DNA of 64,000 bases, taken from assembly GCA_964644035.1 (NCBI GenBank), contig CAZXUH010000001.1:259712-323711 (forward strand). Direction: 5' to 3'. The notes beneath the pieces are model-generated. The model did not search any database. It saw nothing but the letters and a program-made list of their open reading frames with translations, and had not been told where the DNA came from. The translations under genes and the position numbers were made by a program. Below are positions 46,520 through 55,543 of the stretch, in pieces (the stretch's first letter is position 1; every line of letters begins with the position of its first letter). Source of the DNA: an uncultured Candidatus Saccharibacteria bacterium (GTDB lineage Bacteria; Patescibacteriota; Minisyncoccia; Phycocordibacterales; DAORIS01).

Positions 46520-47131
46520 CTAGAAAGGTATATCGTTAGGATCGATTGTCGCTCCGGACACAGCATCCTTTGAGACAAATCGTGCTTGGTATTCCTTAGA
46601 AGACTTGATCTTCTTCTGGATGAACTCGGGCAAGTTAGTAAAGATGTCCTTATCCCAATGACTGAATGAGAGTACTTTGGGAGCATTGAATGCTGGAGGA
46701 CATACTTGGTCATCCATGAGAGGCATAGCACCTTCAATGTTTGCGTATGTCTTCTCACCCTTACTTTCGTGGACCACACGAATGAGGCAGGCCTTTCCTA
46801 CCACATCTTCTACATCAAAGGCATAGGCTTCATCTTCTGTGAAATGAACGTCTAACATTCCTTCAATAAACTTTCGGAGGTATGCTTTCTCACCCATTGA
46901 TAGTGTGAACTCAACTGAAATAACCATAGGCTTCATTTCTTCCTTTTCTCCAAACGCTTTAAGCTTTGTAGGAAGTTCAAATCCTAGTCTGATTTTGTAG
47001 TATTCTTTTGGCTGACCTTTCCATTCACCCTGAACTGTTCCAATGTTAATAAGTTCAAAGCATCGAGCCATGTGTGTTCCTTGTGGAACTAACTCATATG
47101 ATTTTTCTGGTCTTGGTGCGTGCGTAGGCAT
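46520..47131 (-). CDS. Phage ssDNA-binding/replication protein (NGO0469-like)
   Basis: PQGTHMARCFELINIGT, FELP, SSB-type acidic tail NDIPF. Confidence 0.75.
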   Translation of the reverse strand: MPTHAPRPEKSYELVPQGTHMARCFELINIGTVQGEWKGQPKEYYKIRLGFELPTKLKAFGEKEEMKPMVISVEFTLSMGEKAYLRKFIEGMLDVHFTEDEAYAFDVEDVVGKACLIRVVHESKGEKTYANIEGAMPLMDDQVCPPAFNAPKVLSFSHWDKDIFTNLPEFIQKKIKSSKEYQARFVSKDAVSGATIDPNDIPF

Positions 47132-47135
47132 GTTT

Positions 47136-47363
47136 TTATTCTTCGTATTTAATGTTTAGTAATTCTTCTATGTCTCTTTCTTCTGATTCGGTCTTTGGAG
47201 AGTATTCAGGTTCTGCACCATCATCAAATCCAGGTATGTAATCTGGCGAGTAACCTAGTTCCTCTGCAATTTGGATGAGATAAGGATTTTTTCTTCCTTT
47301 AGCAATTTGCTTTTGGAGATACCTTTCTTTCCATGAAATTGGTTTCTGTGCGATTGTTGGCAT
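47136..47363 (-). CDS. Hypothetical phage protein
   Basis: Packed ORF. Confidence 0.55.
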   Translation of the reverse strand: MPTIAQKPISWKERYLQKQIAKGRKNPYLIQIAEELGYSPDYIPGFDDGAEPEYSPKTESEERDIEELLNIKYEE

Positions 47364-47367
47364 TTTG

Positions 47368-47553
47368 TTATAGACCGTAGTCGTTAACCTTGGCGTTAGT
47401 AAAGTCTGATTCCTCAAAGTCTGATCGGATTCTTTCCGCTACTTTCTTTAGATTCAATCTTTCAATGAGCTTTTCTTCTGGAGTTTTAAGTCTCCACATG
47501 ATTTCTCCGTCAAACTCTCCTGTTACAACCACTTCGTTTCTGTCGTACCTCAT
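47368..47553 (-). CDS. Hypothetical phage protein
   Basis: ATG ORF after a structured spacer. Confidence 0.55.
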   Translation of the reverse strand: MRYDRNEVVVTGEFDGEIMWRLKTPEEKLIERLNLKKVAERIRSDFEESDFTNAKVNDYGL

Positions 47554-47648
47554 ACTTTTATATTTATGCTCTGCGTGTCTTAACGTGGTGTGTTTTGTTT
47601 CTGTCGTCCCAGCCGCTTTGCGAGAGGCCGAGGCGACAGAACGCAAAG

Positions 47649-47819
47649 CTATCTAGTAATTTCGACTTCTTGTCTTCCAACAATGTAGTCACCAGCTTTT
47701 CTTACTGCGGAAGATAGAACTATCACCGCAATACATACAATGAGGATGATATTTGCCGTTCTATTCATCCTCTCCTTCTTGAACTTATCGACTTGCGATA
47801 TGTCAAAATGTGTGTCCAT
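47649..47819 (-). CDS. First early gene, 56-aa single-TM protein
   Basis: Manually read MDTHFDISQ...NIILIVCIAVIVLSSAV. Confidence 0.55.
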   Translation of the reverse strand: MDTHFDISQVDKFKKERMNRTANIILIVCIAVIVLSSAVRKAGDYIVGRQEVEITR

Positions 47820-47905
47820 ATGTTATTTCTATTAATTTGGTTTGACCTTGAAGTGTTTTCACACTCCAAGCTGATGAGATCGGGGGAACTCAACAGTTGG
47901 GAAAG

Positions 47906-47931
47906 AAAAAAGACCCGACATAAATCGGGTC
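47906..47931 (-). terminator. Intrinsic terminator
   Basis: GACCCGA-N6-TCGGGTC followed by T6 on the - strand. Confidence 0.7.
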
Positions 47932-47988
47932 ATTTCTCAAAATTTTTTCTGGTTTTAGTCTAAGCGTGGAAGTATTTAACGACAGAAT

Positions 47989-48016
47989 GGCTCTCTAAAG
48001 CCATATTGTGCGACAC
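47989..48016. other. Candidate attR (dif-like half site)
   Basis: GGCTCTCTAAA-GCCATA-TTGTGCGACAC; shares AAAG-nn-ATATTGTGCGAC with 7717-7734. Confidence 0.6.
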
Positions 48017-48275
48017 TACCATAGCTCTGCCCTCAAGAAGTTATCCACAGGTACCTTATTACACCACAAATCACTTTTCACTCACTCTCCTACCAAATAA
48101 TCCTACAAAAAATAATTTTTATAATATATTCGTGATGAATATCTACACACAAATTATTTTAGGGAATTAAATAATGAAAAAGGAGAGAGACCCCTTCCCT
48201 GCCACAACGCAAAACCCGCCTCAGGGAATACCTGAAGCGGATTTGCTTGTCTGAGATTAGATTGATTTTTCAATG

Positions 48276-48755
48276 TTACTGATACTGACCCCAACATGGT
48301 TTAGATGAGTTCCAAGGTACGGTACCCTGATTCTCATACAACCACTTGGCATACTGAAGGTTACCTTCAAGTGTATCAATGTCGTAACCGAGCTTCTTGG
48401 CGTCTTCACGGTGATATCGTTCGTTGATCTGCATGACACCAGTGTCGCCCTTGTCCACCTTACCTCGAACGACGTTGCCGTTCTTATCAAGGTGTCGGAA
48501 TGTAGATTCACAAAATGCAATCTCGGCAAGGATAGGAGTTTCTTCATAGAAATCTCGAACCGCTTCCTCGATAACAATTTTGTTGTTCTGGTCTGCGAGA
48601 GGGACAGCAATGACTGAAGCATCTCGTGAGACTGAGAGAACCGTTTCCTTTGAGGTAACGCTATTGAGTGCATCCTGACGTACGGGAATCGAACCAGAAG
48701 ATACTATCGGGGACACAAGCATCGCAAACGCTACGGCAATAGTTGTGAATGGCAT
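48276..48755 (-). CDS. Host secreted lytic transglycosylase (SLT-like)
   Basis: Signal peptide, CES, GVMQIN, PW motifs. Confidence 0.85.
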   Translation of the reverse strand: MPFTTIAVAFAMLVSPIVSSGSIPVRQDALNSVTSKETVLSVSRDASVIAVPLADQNNKIVIEEAVRDFYEETPILAEIAFCESTFRHLDKNGNVVRGKVDKGDTGVMQINERYHREDAKKLGYDIDTLEGNLQYAKWLYENQGTVPWNSSKPCWGQYQ

Positions 48756-48969
48756 AGGTTTAAATTAAAAAATCCAGTCGTCGACTGAATTAGGTATATT
48801 GTAACATAATTTGAACCACTTTGTCAATCCTTTTCTGTTTTGATTTAGTATAGGTCCCCTTTTTGTAGGTCTGGAATCAGGCCTATACAGAGCCATATAT
48901 TATCCAATAGATTGGACAGTACTGCCTAAAAGATGGTCTAAATTTGACCTCTTTTTGCACGTGTTTTTA

Positions 48970-49284
48970 CTACTCATTTCCTTTGCACTGCTTCCCTGCC
49001 TCATACCCTGCCCTTTTGGCCTCATCTTTGCTTAAAAATACCTCTTTATTGTCAGGTTTTAGACGTCTTGCACCATAACACCAAGGGAAATAATACTTTT
49101 TTGAGCTTTTAGAGCCTATTACTATGGCATCTGGTGTATATATAGTCTCTATAACTACCCCTGTACGGCTCGATTCGCCTTGTATAAGGTAAAAAAGCAG
49201 TGCCGCTAGTATTAAGACCAGTATACTGATTGACAGTATGAAAAGCTTGTATTTTGGCGCGGTTTTAGGTATACTCTTGTTCAC
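48970..49284 (-). CDS. Membrane-anchored Ada-type metal-binding domain protein
   Basis: TM then GSKSSKKYYFPWC...F.SKDEAKRAGY...C. Confidence 0.75.
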   Translation of the reverse strand: MNKSIPKTAPKYKLFILSISILVLILAALLFYLIQGESSRTGVVIETIYTPDAIVIGSKSSKKYYFPWCYGARRLKPDNKEVFLSKDEAKRAGYEAGKQCKGNE

Positions 49285-49323
49285 GTTTTAAACATAGCAA
49301 ATCAGCGATAAAATAGTAATAAA

Positions 49324-49596
49324 ATGGCAACAAAGAAAGCCGGTGGTTCGTCCAAGAACATGCGTGATTCGAACCCTAAGTATTTAGGGGTCAAAATCAC
49401 TATGGGCGGCAAGGCAAAAGTAGGTTCAATCATCATAAGGCAGCGCGGTACCAACTTCATGTTGGGTAGAAACGTTGCTATGGGCAAGGATCATACTATC
49501 TATTCCCTCAAGGACGGTATCGTAGAATTCAAGAACAAGCGCAAGCTCAATTTTGACGGTTCGTCTTCTGTCAAAAAGCTTGTTAGTGTAAACTAA
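49324..49596 (+). CDS. rpmA: 50S ribosomal protein L27
   Basis: [35 protein letters not shown]. Confidence 0.97.
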   Translation: MATKKAGGSSKNMRDSNPKYLGVKITMGGKAKVGSIIIRQRGTNFMLGRNVAMGKDHTIYSLKDGIVEFKNKRKLNFDGSSSVKKLVSVN

Positions 49597-49616
49597 GTCA
49601 ACTAACTCTAAACAAC

Positions 49617-49651
49617 AAAAAAACACCTCCGGAATTCGGAGGTGTTTTTTT
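49617..49651. terminator. Bidirectional intrinsic terminator between rpmA and rplI
   Basis: A7-CACCTCC-GGAATTC-GGAGGTG-T7. Confidence 0.85.
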
Positions 49652-49659
49652 ATTACCGC

Positions 49660-50103
49660 CTACTCAGCAACGATCTTTACGGTAAAGAATCCGTTATTGT
49701 CCCCTATCTTGACGCTGATCTTGTGATCACCTACTTCCTTGATTGGCTTTTCGAGAAGCATGTAGACAGGATTGATATCTATCTTGCTTGAAGCTTTGAG
49801 AGCAGCAGCGACTTCTTCTTTTCCAATACCCTTGAACAAGTGACCTTTTTCATTGGCTGGAGCAGCGATCTCTACTACCACTTCGCTGATCTTCTTGAGA
49901 TTTTTGATAAGAGCTGCTTCTTGTTCTGCCTTGAGCTTGGTTTCTGTAGCTCTGAATGCTTCGAGCTTTGCAATCTCCTGAGCATTGGCCTTTACTGCCA
50001 AGTTGCGAGGCAAGAGAAAGTTGGTGGCATATCCGTCTGAAACTTCCTTCATGTCGAAGCGTTTGCCGACGCCTGACACATCTTTGTAAAATATGACTTT
50101 CAT
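49660..50103 (-). CDS. rplI: 50S ribosomal protein L9
   Basis: EVSDGYATNFLLPRNLA, GHLF, PIKEVG. Confidence 0.95.
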   Translation of the reverse strand: MKVIFYKDVSGVGKRFDMKEVSDGYATNFLLPRNLAVKANAQEIAKLEAFRATETKLKAEQEAALIKNLKKISEVVVEIAAPANEKGHLFKGIGKEEVAAALKASSKIDINPVYMLLEKPIKEVGDHKISVKIGDNNGFFTVKIVAE

Positions 50104-50127
50104 AATGAGCTTATATACTACTGATTT

Positions 50128-51354
50128 TTAACGAGAAAGCAACTCGACAGCTTTCAGAAACTGAGCGTCTTTTTTGGCTGCAATATCTTCCTGAGTGACC
50201 TTCACTTCGACGTCGGGTATGAGCCCTCCTTCTGATATAGAAACACCTTTTGGTGTGAGCCATCGCGCAACCGTGATCTTGAGAGAGGTATCAGCCGATG
50301 TCGACATGTATTCCTGCACAGAACCCTTGCCAAAGGTCTTTGCACCGACAAGTTGAGCTTTATTGTATTCACGAAGTGCCCCAGCCAAGATTTCTGCCGC
50401 AGAAGCTGAGCCACCATCGACAAGAATAATCGTCTTTACGTCATTGCCTATCACATTGTAGCCCTTGCTACGGTGATAGACGTTCTCTACTCCACCCTTG
50501 AACTCTTCGGTCACGACCGTACTACCTACAGGCAAGAACCAACTTGCCATATCGACAGCAGCATCGAGATATCCACCAGGATTGCCACGGAGGTCAATAA
50601 TCAGCTTTTTATTGCCCGAAAGGACAAATTGCCTTATTGCCTGCTGGAAGAGCCCTGGAGACTGAGCGGTAAATGAATAGAGTCTAATACTAAAGATACC
50701 GTTGGGAAGGACTTCGGTTTCAATCGTAGGAATACTAATCACATCTCTTGTAACAGAAATTTCTTGAGCATGATCACTCTGAGCTCGAAGAATCGTAATT
50801 CTGACGACCGTGCCCTTCTTACCTTTTATAAGTTTGATCGATTCATCAATCGTAAGATTGTTGGTAAGCGTATCATCGATCTTCAAGATCTTGTCTCCTG
50901 GCAATATACCTGCCTTTTCAGCTGGACTGCCTTTGAGAGGTGCGACAACCGTCAAAATATCGTCTTTAATAGACACTTCCATACCTACACCTTCAAAACT
51001 TCCTTCTATTTCACTTTCAAATGATTTGGTTTCTTCTGGTGGGAAGAATGTTGTATATGGATCGCCATATGCTGCCGCAAGGCCTTGGATTGCTCCGTAG
51101 AGTTTCTCCTGATCGGTAATAGGCGGGCGATTCTTTGTATCAGCATACTTTTGATCGAGAAGATTCCAGACTTTCCAGAAAAGGGTGAAGTCTGTGGTTG
51201 TAGCATTTGGATTGTAGACACCAGTAAGTGTTGTGGGGACCTGCACCGACTGAGCCTCCGTATTGCCCCATCGATAACCAACAACGACGGCAACAATAAC
51301 GATGATCAATGTCGATACAATACGTCCAGTATGATATTTTTTGGTTGTGTCCAT
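50128..51354 (-). CDS. ctpA: Carboxyl-terminal processing protease (S41, PDZ)
   Basis: DPYT, PDZ GSPAEKAG, DLRGNPGG, SASAAEI, TFGKGSVQ. Confidence 0.93.
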   Translation of the reverse strand: MDTTKKYHTGRIVSTLIIVIVAVVVGYRWGNTEAQSVQVPTTLTGVYNPNATTTDFTLFWKVWNLLDQKYADTKNRPPITDQEKLYGAIQGLAAAYGDPYTTFFPPEETKSFESEIEGSFEGVGMEVSIKDDILTVVAPLKGSPAEKAGILPGDKILKIDDTLTNNLTIDESIKLIKGKKGTVVRITILRAQSDHAQEISVTRDVISIPTIETEVLPNGIFSIRLYSFTAQSPGLFQQAIRQFVLSGNKKLIIDLRGNPGGYLDAAVDMASWFLPVGSTVVTEEFKGGVENVYHRSKGYNVIGNDVKTIILVDGGSASAAEILAGALREYNKAQLVGAKTFGKGSVQEYMSTSADTSLKITVARWLTPKGVSISEGGLIPDVEVKVTQEDIAAKKDAQFLKAVELLSR

Positions 51355-51409
51355 GCGCCTGATTTTCTCAAAATTGCGGCGTTACGTCAAAGCACGCTAT
51401 AATATATTC

Positions 51410-52321
51410 ATGACCAATAAGCGGACCTACAACGATATCATTTGGATAGACATGCTCTCTCCAACTCCCGAAGAAGTCCGCGAGCTGATTGAGACCTACA
51501 ATTTGAACCCTGATGTGAGCAATAACATGCTCCTTCCCTCCCCCAATGAGCAAATCTATGATTATAAAGGCTTGGTTTATCTTGTCTTACATTTTCCCCA
51601 CAAAATAAAAAATCGTGAAGAAGTGATCATTCACGAAGTCGACTTCTTAATGAGTAAAAATGTCATTACAACGATTCATTATGATCATTCCGATGCAATT
51701 GATCGTTTTGCCAAATATTTTGAAGTCAGTTCAGTATTAAAGAAGAATGAAATCCCTGATGCTGGCTATCTTTTCTTCGAACTCATCAAGCAGCTCTATG
51801 GCGCTGTAAAGGATGCTACGGAAACGATCGACAGTGAATTGCAGAGTATAGAGCCCAAAGTCTTTCATGGCCGAGAAAAAGAGGTCGTAAGTCACCTCTC
51901 CGTGCTCAACCACTCACTTTTGCAATTTAAGCAAATCGTAAGTCCGCAAAAAGAATTGTTGGAAATGGCTGCTATTTATGGAGAAAATATGTTTGGTAAA
52001 GAATTCAAAGATATAGGCAAAATGCTTTTGGCCGAACATGCCAAAGCGCTCAAAGAGATCGAATATCGCAAAGAAAATCTCAAAGAACTCTGGGATACCA
52101 ACGATACTCTTCTTTCTACCAAGCAAAATGAAATCATGAAGAATTTGGCCATGATTTCCTTTATCACCTTCCCTCTCACTCTTATTGTCGCCATCTTTGA
52201 ACTCTTCACTAGTCTCGAGGGTCGCACCGGCGGAGCTGATTATTTCTGGAAGCTCATGAGCCTCTTGCTTATCGCTACTGGTCTCATGATCTTCTTCTTT
52301 AAACGAAAACGATGGATATAA
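51410..52321 (+). CDS. CorA-family divalent cation transporter
   Basis: WID..SPT.EE, LVLHFP, NEIMK.L..IS..FPLT and two C-terminal TMs; GMN signature absent. Confidence 0.8.
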   Translation: MTNKRTYNDIIWIDMLSPTPEEVRELIETYNLNPDVSNNMLLPSPNEQIYDYKGLVYLVLHFPHKIKNREEVIIHEVDFLMSKNVITTIHYDHSDAIDRFAKYFEVSSVLKKNEIPDAGYLFFELIKQLYGAVKDATETIDSELQSIEPKVFHGREKEVVSHLSVLNHSLLQFKQIVSPQKELLEMAAIYGENMFGKEFKDIGKMLLAEHAKALKEIEYRKENLKELWDTNDTLLSTKQNEIMKNLAMISFITFPLTLIVAIFELFTSLEGRTGGADYFWKLMSLLLIATGLMIFFFKRKRWI

Positions 52322-53718
52322 CAGACATACGCCTTACCAATACTCTCTCCGGCACCAAGGAGCGTTTTGAGCCTATACAGCCAGGACATGTCGGCATGTA
52401 TCATTGTGGCCCGACGGTCTATCACTATGCTCATATCGGCAATATGCGTGCCTACGTGCTTGCAGATTTGCTTCGCAAGACATTTGAACTTCATGGCTAT
52501 CAAGTGAAGCAGGTTATAAACATTACTGATGTTGGACATCTTACCGACAGCGATACGAGTGATCTTGGTGATGACAAAGTAGAAAAAGCTGCCAAAGCAG
52601 AAAATAAAAGTGCTAAAGAAATTACAAAAAAATACTACGATGTATTTAGAGATGATTTGTCAAAACTCAATATAAAGACCGACAGCACCATATTCCCTTG
52701 GGCGACTGAACATATCAAAGAGCAGATTGATATGATTTCTACGCTTGAGAAGAAAGGCTATACCTATAAAACATCAGACGGTATTTATTTTGATACTTCA
52801 AAATATGAAGCCTATGGCATGCTAGGTAATATTGATATTAAAGGATTAAAGGAAGGCGCGAGAGTGACGGTCAATGAAGAAAAGAAAAATCCTACTGACT
52901 TTGCTCTTTGGAAATTCTCCAAGAAAGGCGAGCAGCGTCTACAAGAATGGGAATCACCGTGGGGCAAAGGTTTTCCTGGTTGGCATATAGAGTGCTCGGC
53001 GATGTCTATAAAATATCTCGGCCAGACTTTTGATATTCATACTGGGGGCATCGATCATATTCCTGTTCATCACAACAATGAAATCGCTCAATCTGTCTGT
53101 GCCACGGGCGAACCTTATGTGCGATTCTGGCTTCACAATGCATTTATCAATATTACCGATGAAAAAATTTCAAAATCTCTCGGCAATACCATTACCCTTT
53201 CACAAATCATAGAAAAAGGTTTCTCTCCCCTTGCACTGCGGTATTGGTTCCTTGGTGCACGATATAGCACGCAAATGAATTTTACTTGGGAAGCACTCGA
53301 AGATAGCCAGAGATCTTTGGAAAAGCTCAATCGCTGGTACAGTACCCTCGAAAAGCCATCTCAGAAAATCGCAACCACAAGCAATACCTATGAGCAGTCT
53401 TTTATTTCTAAAATTAGTGATGATCTCGATACACCACAAGCTCTAGCCACACTTTGGCAGCTTACCAAGGACACTGAACTTTCAGATGAAATAAAATACA
53501 GCACAGCAAACAAAATCAACAGTGTTCTAGGTATTCTTTCAGAAAACACTCAGAGCGCCGATGTATTTTCAGATGAAGTATTTGATCTTATTGAGAAACG
53601 CAATGAAGCTCGAAAAAATAAAGATTTCAAAGCATCAGACGAACTCCGCGATGCTTTACTTAAACACAATATCCAATCAGAAGATTCCAACGATGGTAGT
53701 AGATATTTTCACGCATAA
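52312..53718 (+). CDS. cysS: Cysteine--tRNA ligase
   Basis: CGPTVY..AHIGN, NITDVGH, DFALWK, PGWHIECSAM, KISKSLGN. Confidence 0.97.
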   Translation: MDITDIRLTNTLSGTKERFEPIQPGHVGMYHCGPTVYHYAHIGNMRAYVLADLLRKTFELHGYQVKQVINITDVGHLTDSDTSDLGDDKVEKAAKAENKSAKEITKKYYDVFRDDLSKLNIKTDSTIFPWATEHIKEQIDMISTLEKKGYTYKTSDGIYFDTSKYEAYGMLGNIDIKGLKEGARVTVNEEKKNPTDFALWKFSKKGEQRLQEWESPWGKGFPGWHIECSAMSIKYLGQTFDIHTGGIDHIPVHHNNEIAQSVCATGEPYVRFWLHNAFINITDEKISKSLGNTITLSQIIEKGFSPLALRYWFLGARYSTQMNFTWEALEDSQRSLEKLNRWYSTLEKPSQKIATTSNTYEQSFISKISDDLDTPQALATLWQLTKDTELSDEIKYSTANKINSVLGILSENTQSADVFSDEVFDLIEKRNEARKNKDFKASDELRDALLKHNIQSEDSNDGSRYFHA

Positions 53719-53720
53719 TA

Positions 53721-53900
53721 ATGGAAAATAAAAAGAAACATAGAATATTCCAATACCTACTCGGCACTGGTATGGCTGTAGGTGCAGCATTTGTTTCAGT
53801 CTTTGATTTTATAACAGGAAAAACGGATCACCCTATTACCTTTGAACAAAAGACTGGCGAGAAAACGGAAAAGGAAGACGAGATTGGTTTGGATCAATAA
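53721..53900 (+). CDS. Small membrane protein, 59 aa
   Basis: Manually read ATG ORF 2 nt after cysS; one hydrophobic segment. Confidence 0.5.
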   Translation: MENKKKHRIFQYLLGTGMAVGAAFVSVFDFITGKTDHPITFEQKTGEKTEKEDEIGLDQ

Positions 53901-53916
53901 ACTGATCTATTAAAAA

Positions 53917-54492
53917 CTACTTAGAAAGAGTCTGACAGAATTCTTTGACTTTCTGCTCAAAAGCTTCGAGCGTGCCACCATTGTCTATGGTCACATCAGC
54001 ATTGGCCGCGATCTTAGGAATATCAAGCTCAGTTCTGACTTTTTCTTCTTCCAGAAAGGTCTCATAGCTCGCTGTCGCCTCTCCTACATATACCTTGCGA
54101 GCTTTGGTGCGTTCATAGCGTACTTCAGGAGGTGCAGTTACATACACAATCATATTTTTAGGGAATTCTCTGATCATTTTTTCATCCGAGAGCCAGCGCA
54201 CACCATCGAGTACGATTATGTCGGCATCAGTGGCTTTTATTCGCGCAGATACAGCATTGGTAAGCGTTCCCAGACCAAATTTTTCATTCATAACAATCGC
54301 CAATTGCTGAAGATTGTGTCGAGTTCTTTCTATACTCCACAAAGCTAATGTTTCAGAAAGAATATCTGAAAATGTAATATGAACGACTTTTTTATCTTTT
54401 ATATATTGAGCGAGAAATTTTGCACATGTCTCTTTGCCGCTTCCCTTCTCTCCGACAATTCCGATCAAGAGTGGCTGCTTGTCTGTAGTCAT
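53917..54492 (-). CDS. P-loop nucleotide kinase (dephospho-CoA/dNMP kinase-like)
   Basis: GIVGEKGSGKET, LDGVR, ADVTIDN. Confidence 0.8.
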   Translation of the reverse strand: MTTDKQPLLIGIVGEKGSGKETCAKFLAQYIKDKKVVHITFSDILSETLALWSIERTRHNLQQLAIVMNEKFGLGTLTNAVSARIKATDADIIVLDGVRWLSDEKMIREFPKNMIVYVTAPPEVRYERTKARKVYVGEATASYETFLEEEKVRTELDIPKIAANADVTIDNGGTLEAFEQKVKEFCQTLSK

Positions 54493-54612
54493 ATATAAAT
54501 AGTAGCATATAAATTTTCATAAAATAAAAATATCACTCTTGCATTTATTGACATTTAAGATAAGATGGTGTCTGGTTTAGTTCATTTAAACTCACATAAG
54601 GAAAGGATTCGT

Positions 54613-55116
54613 ATGAATCTGAGACACGTACGTGACCATGCTCAAGAACTGTTTTACCGTCTTTTTGGTAAGAGCCATGTGTGTGGCTGCGGTCACAAGA
54701 CCAAAAAGAAAGCGTTACTAACCATTCATGGAAAGAAAGGTGTGTACCACGTCACTGATTTGGACTACTGCCCGCAATGTTGGGCAAATGCCGCAATCAA
54801 ATGCGCGTGGTGCGCCGACACGATCGTGCCAGGAGAAGCGATAACTCTCAAAACTCCTGCGAAGGATTTCCAAGTTCCCAACCATGCGCAGATCTACAAA
54901 AAAGAACCGCGTCTGCAGTTAGTTGGTTGTATGCATTGCGACCCTGACGCAATCATGGATAGAGCGGGCTTCTGGGTCATGCCCGGCAAAGTCCTTCGTG
55001 CGGCTTCACCGACTGAAATAATTGCTAATGGAATGCTTGGCGAAGATGAAGTCTATACGTGCAACAACATTATGGATCCGACTCAAGCGATCCTGATCCC
55101 TGATGAAGTGTCTTAA
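54613..55116 (+). CDS. Cys-rich putative Zn-binding protein (paralog of 61187-61636)
   Basis: CGH, CPQC, CAWC..I.PG, VGC motifs; AAAGGA SD. Confidence 0.7.
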   Translation: MNLRHVRDHAQELFYRLFGKSHVCGCGHKTKKKALLTIHGKKGVYHVTDLDYCPQCWANAAIKCAWCADTIVPGEAITLKTPAKDFQVPNHAQIYKKEPRLQLVGCMHCDPDAIMDRAGFWVMPGKVLRAASPTEIIANGMLGEDEVYTCNNIMDPTQAILIPDEVS

Positions 55117-55141
55117 CTCACACAATTACAAAGGAGATTCT

Positions 55142-55390
55142 ATGTCTATTACTCCAGCCCAATTGATTTTCATTCTGATAGCGATAGCTGCAGCAGCACT
55201 TATATGGATTGCTGTGTTTATATCCTATGTCCGAGAACACTGGAAGAGGTGTCCTGACAAAGACTGTGGCAGCATGTGGTGTTGGAAAAAGACCAAGGAA
55301 TATGGGGGTCCTCAGTGCGAAGACATTCAGGTCTATTCATGCTTTAGTTGCGGGAAGCAAACTCCGCACTTCGACGGGTATGTGAATTGA
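55142..55390 (+). CDS. Small TM protein with Zn ribbon
   Basis: AAGGAG SD, TM, CPDKDC and CFSC. Confidence 0.65.
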   Translation: MSITPAQLIFILIAIAAAALIWIAVFISYVREHWKRCPDKDCGSMWCWKKTKEYGGPQCEDIQVYSCFSCGKQTPHFDGYVN

Positions 55391-55543
55391 AGCCTTATTC
55401 TAAGCGCGAAATCTCAATGGTTTCGCGTTTTTTTATTGCATATTATATAAGAAAAAGTACTCTACACACTTAATACACACCTTTTACACCTCCACAAGTG
55501 GTGCCCCATTTTCAATAGATGATAAAATAGTTCTCAAACATCT

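Larger units (their letters stand above)
7723..48014 (-). mobile_element. Prophage, P22-like podovirus architecture, ~40 kb (alternative ends 7312/47881)
   Basis: Integrase, lysis, tail, capsid, portal, terminase and early genes co-oriented on the - strand; 12-bp direct repeat ATATTGTGCGAC at both ends. Confidence 0.93.

Noticed and set aside
47840-47905. Hammerhead ribozyme at CTGATGAG (47871) after the CTTGAAGTG/CACTCCAAG hairpin
   Set aside because: No stem II closed by GAAA and no NUH/stem III pairing found.
7907-48014. Diversity-generating retroelement, retron or recognised anti-phage defence genes
   Set aside because: No reverse transcriptase motifs, no TR/VR pair with adenine-specific mismatches and no recognisable defence domains seen.
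9229-48446. 24-bp direct repeat GTTGATCTGCATGACACCAGTGTC (9229-52, 48423-46) as att core
   Set aside because: It encodes the conserved DTGVMQIN motif of two homologous transglycosylases and would leave the integrase outside the phage; not formally excluded without junction reads.
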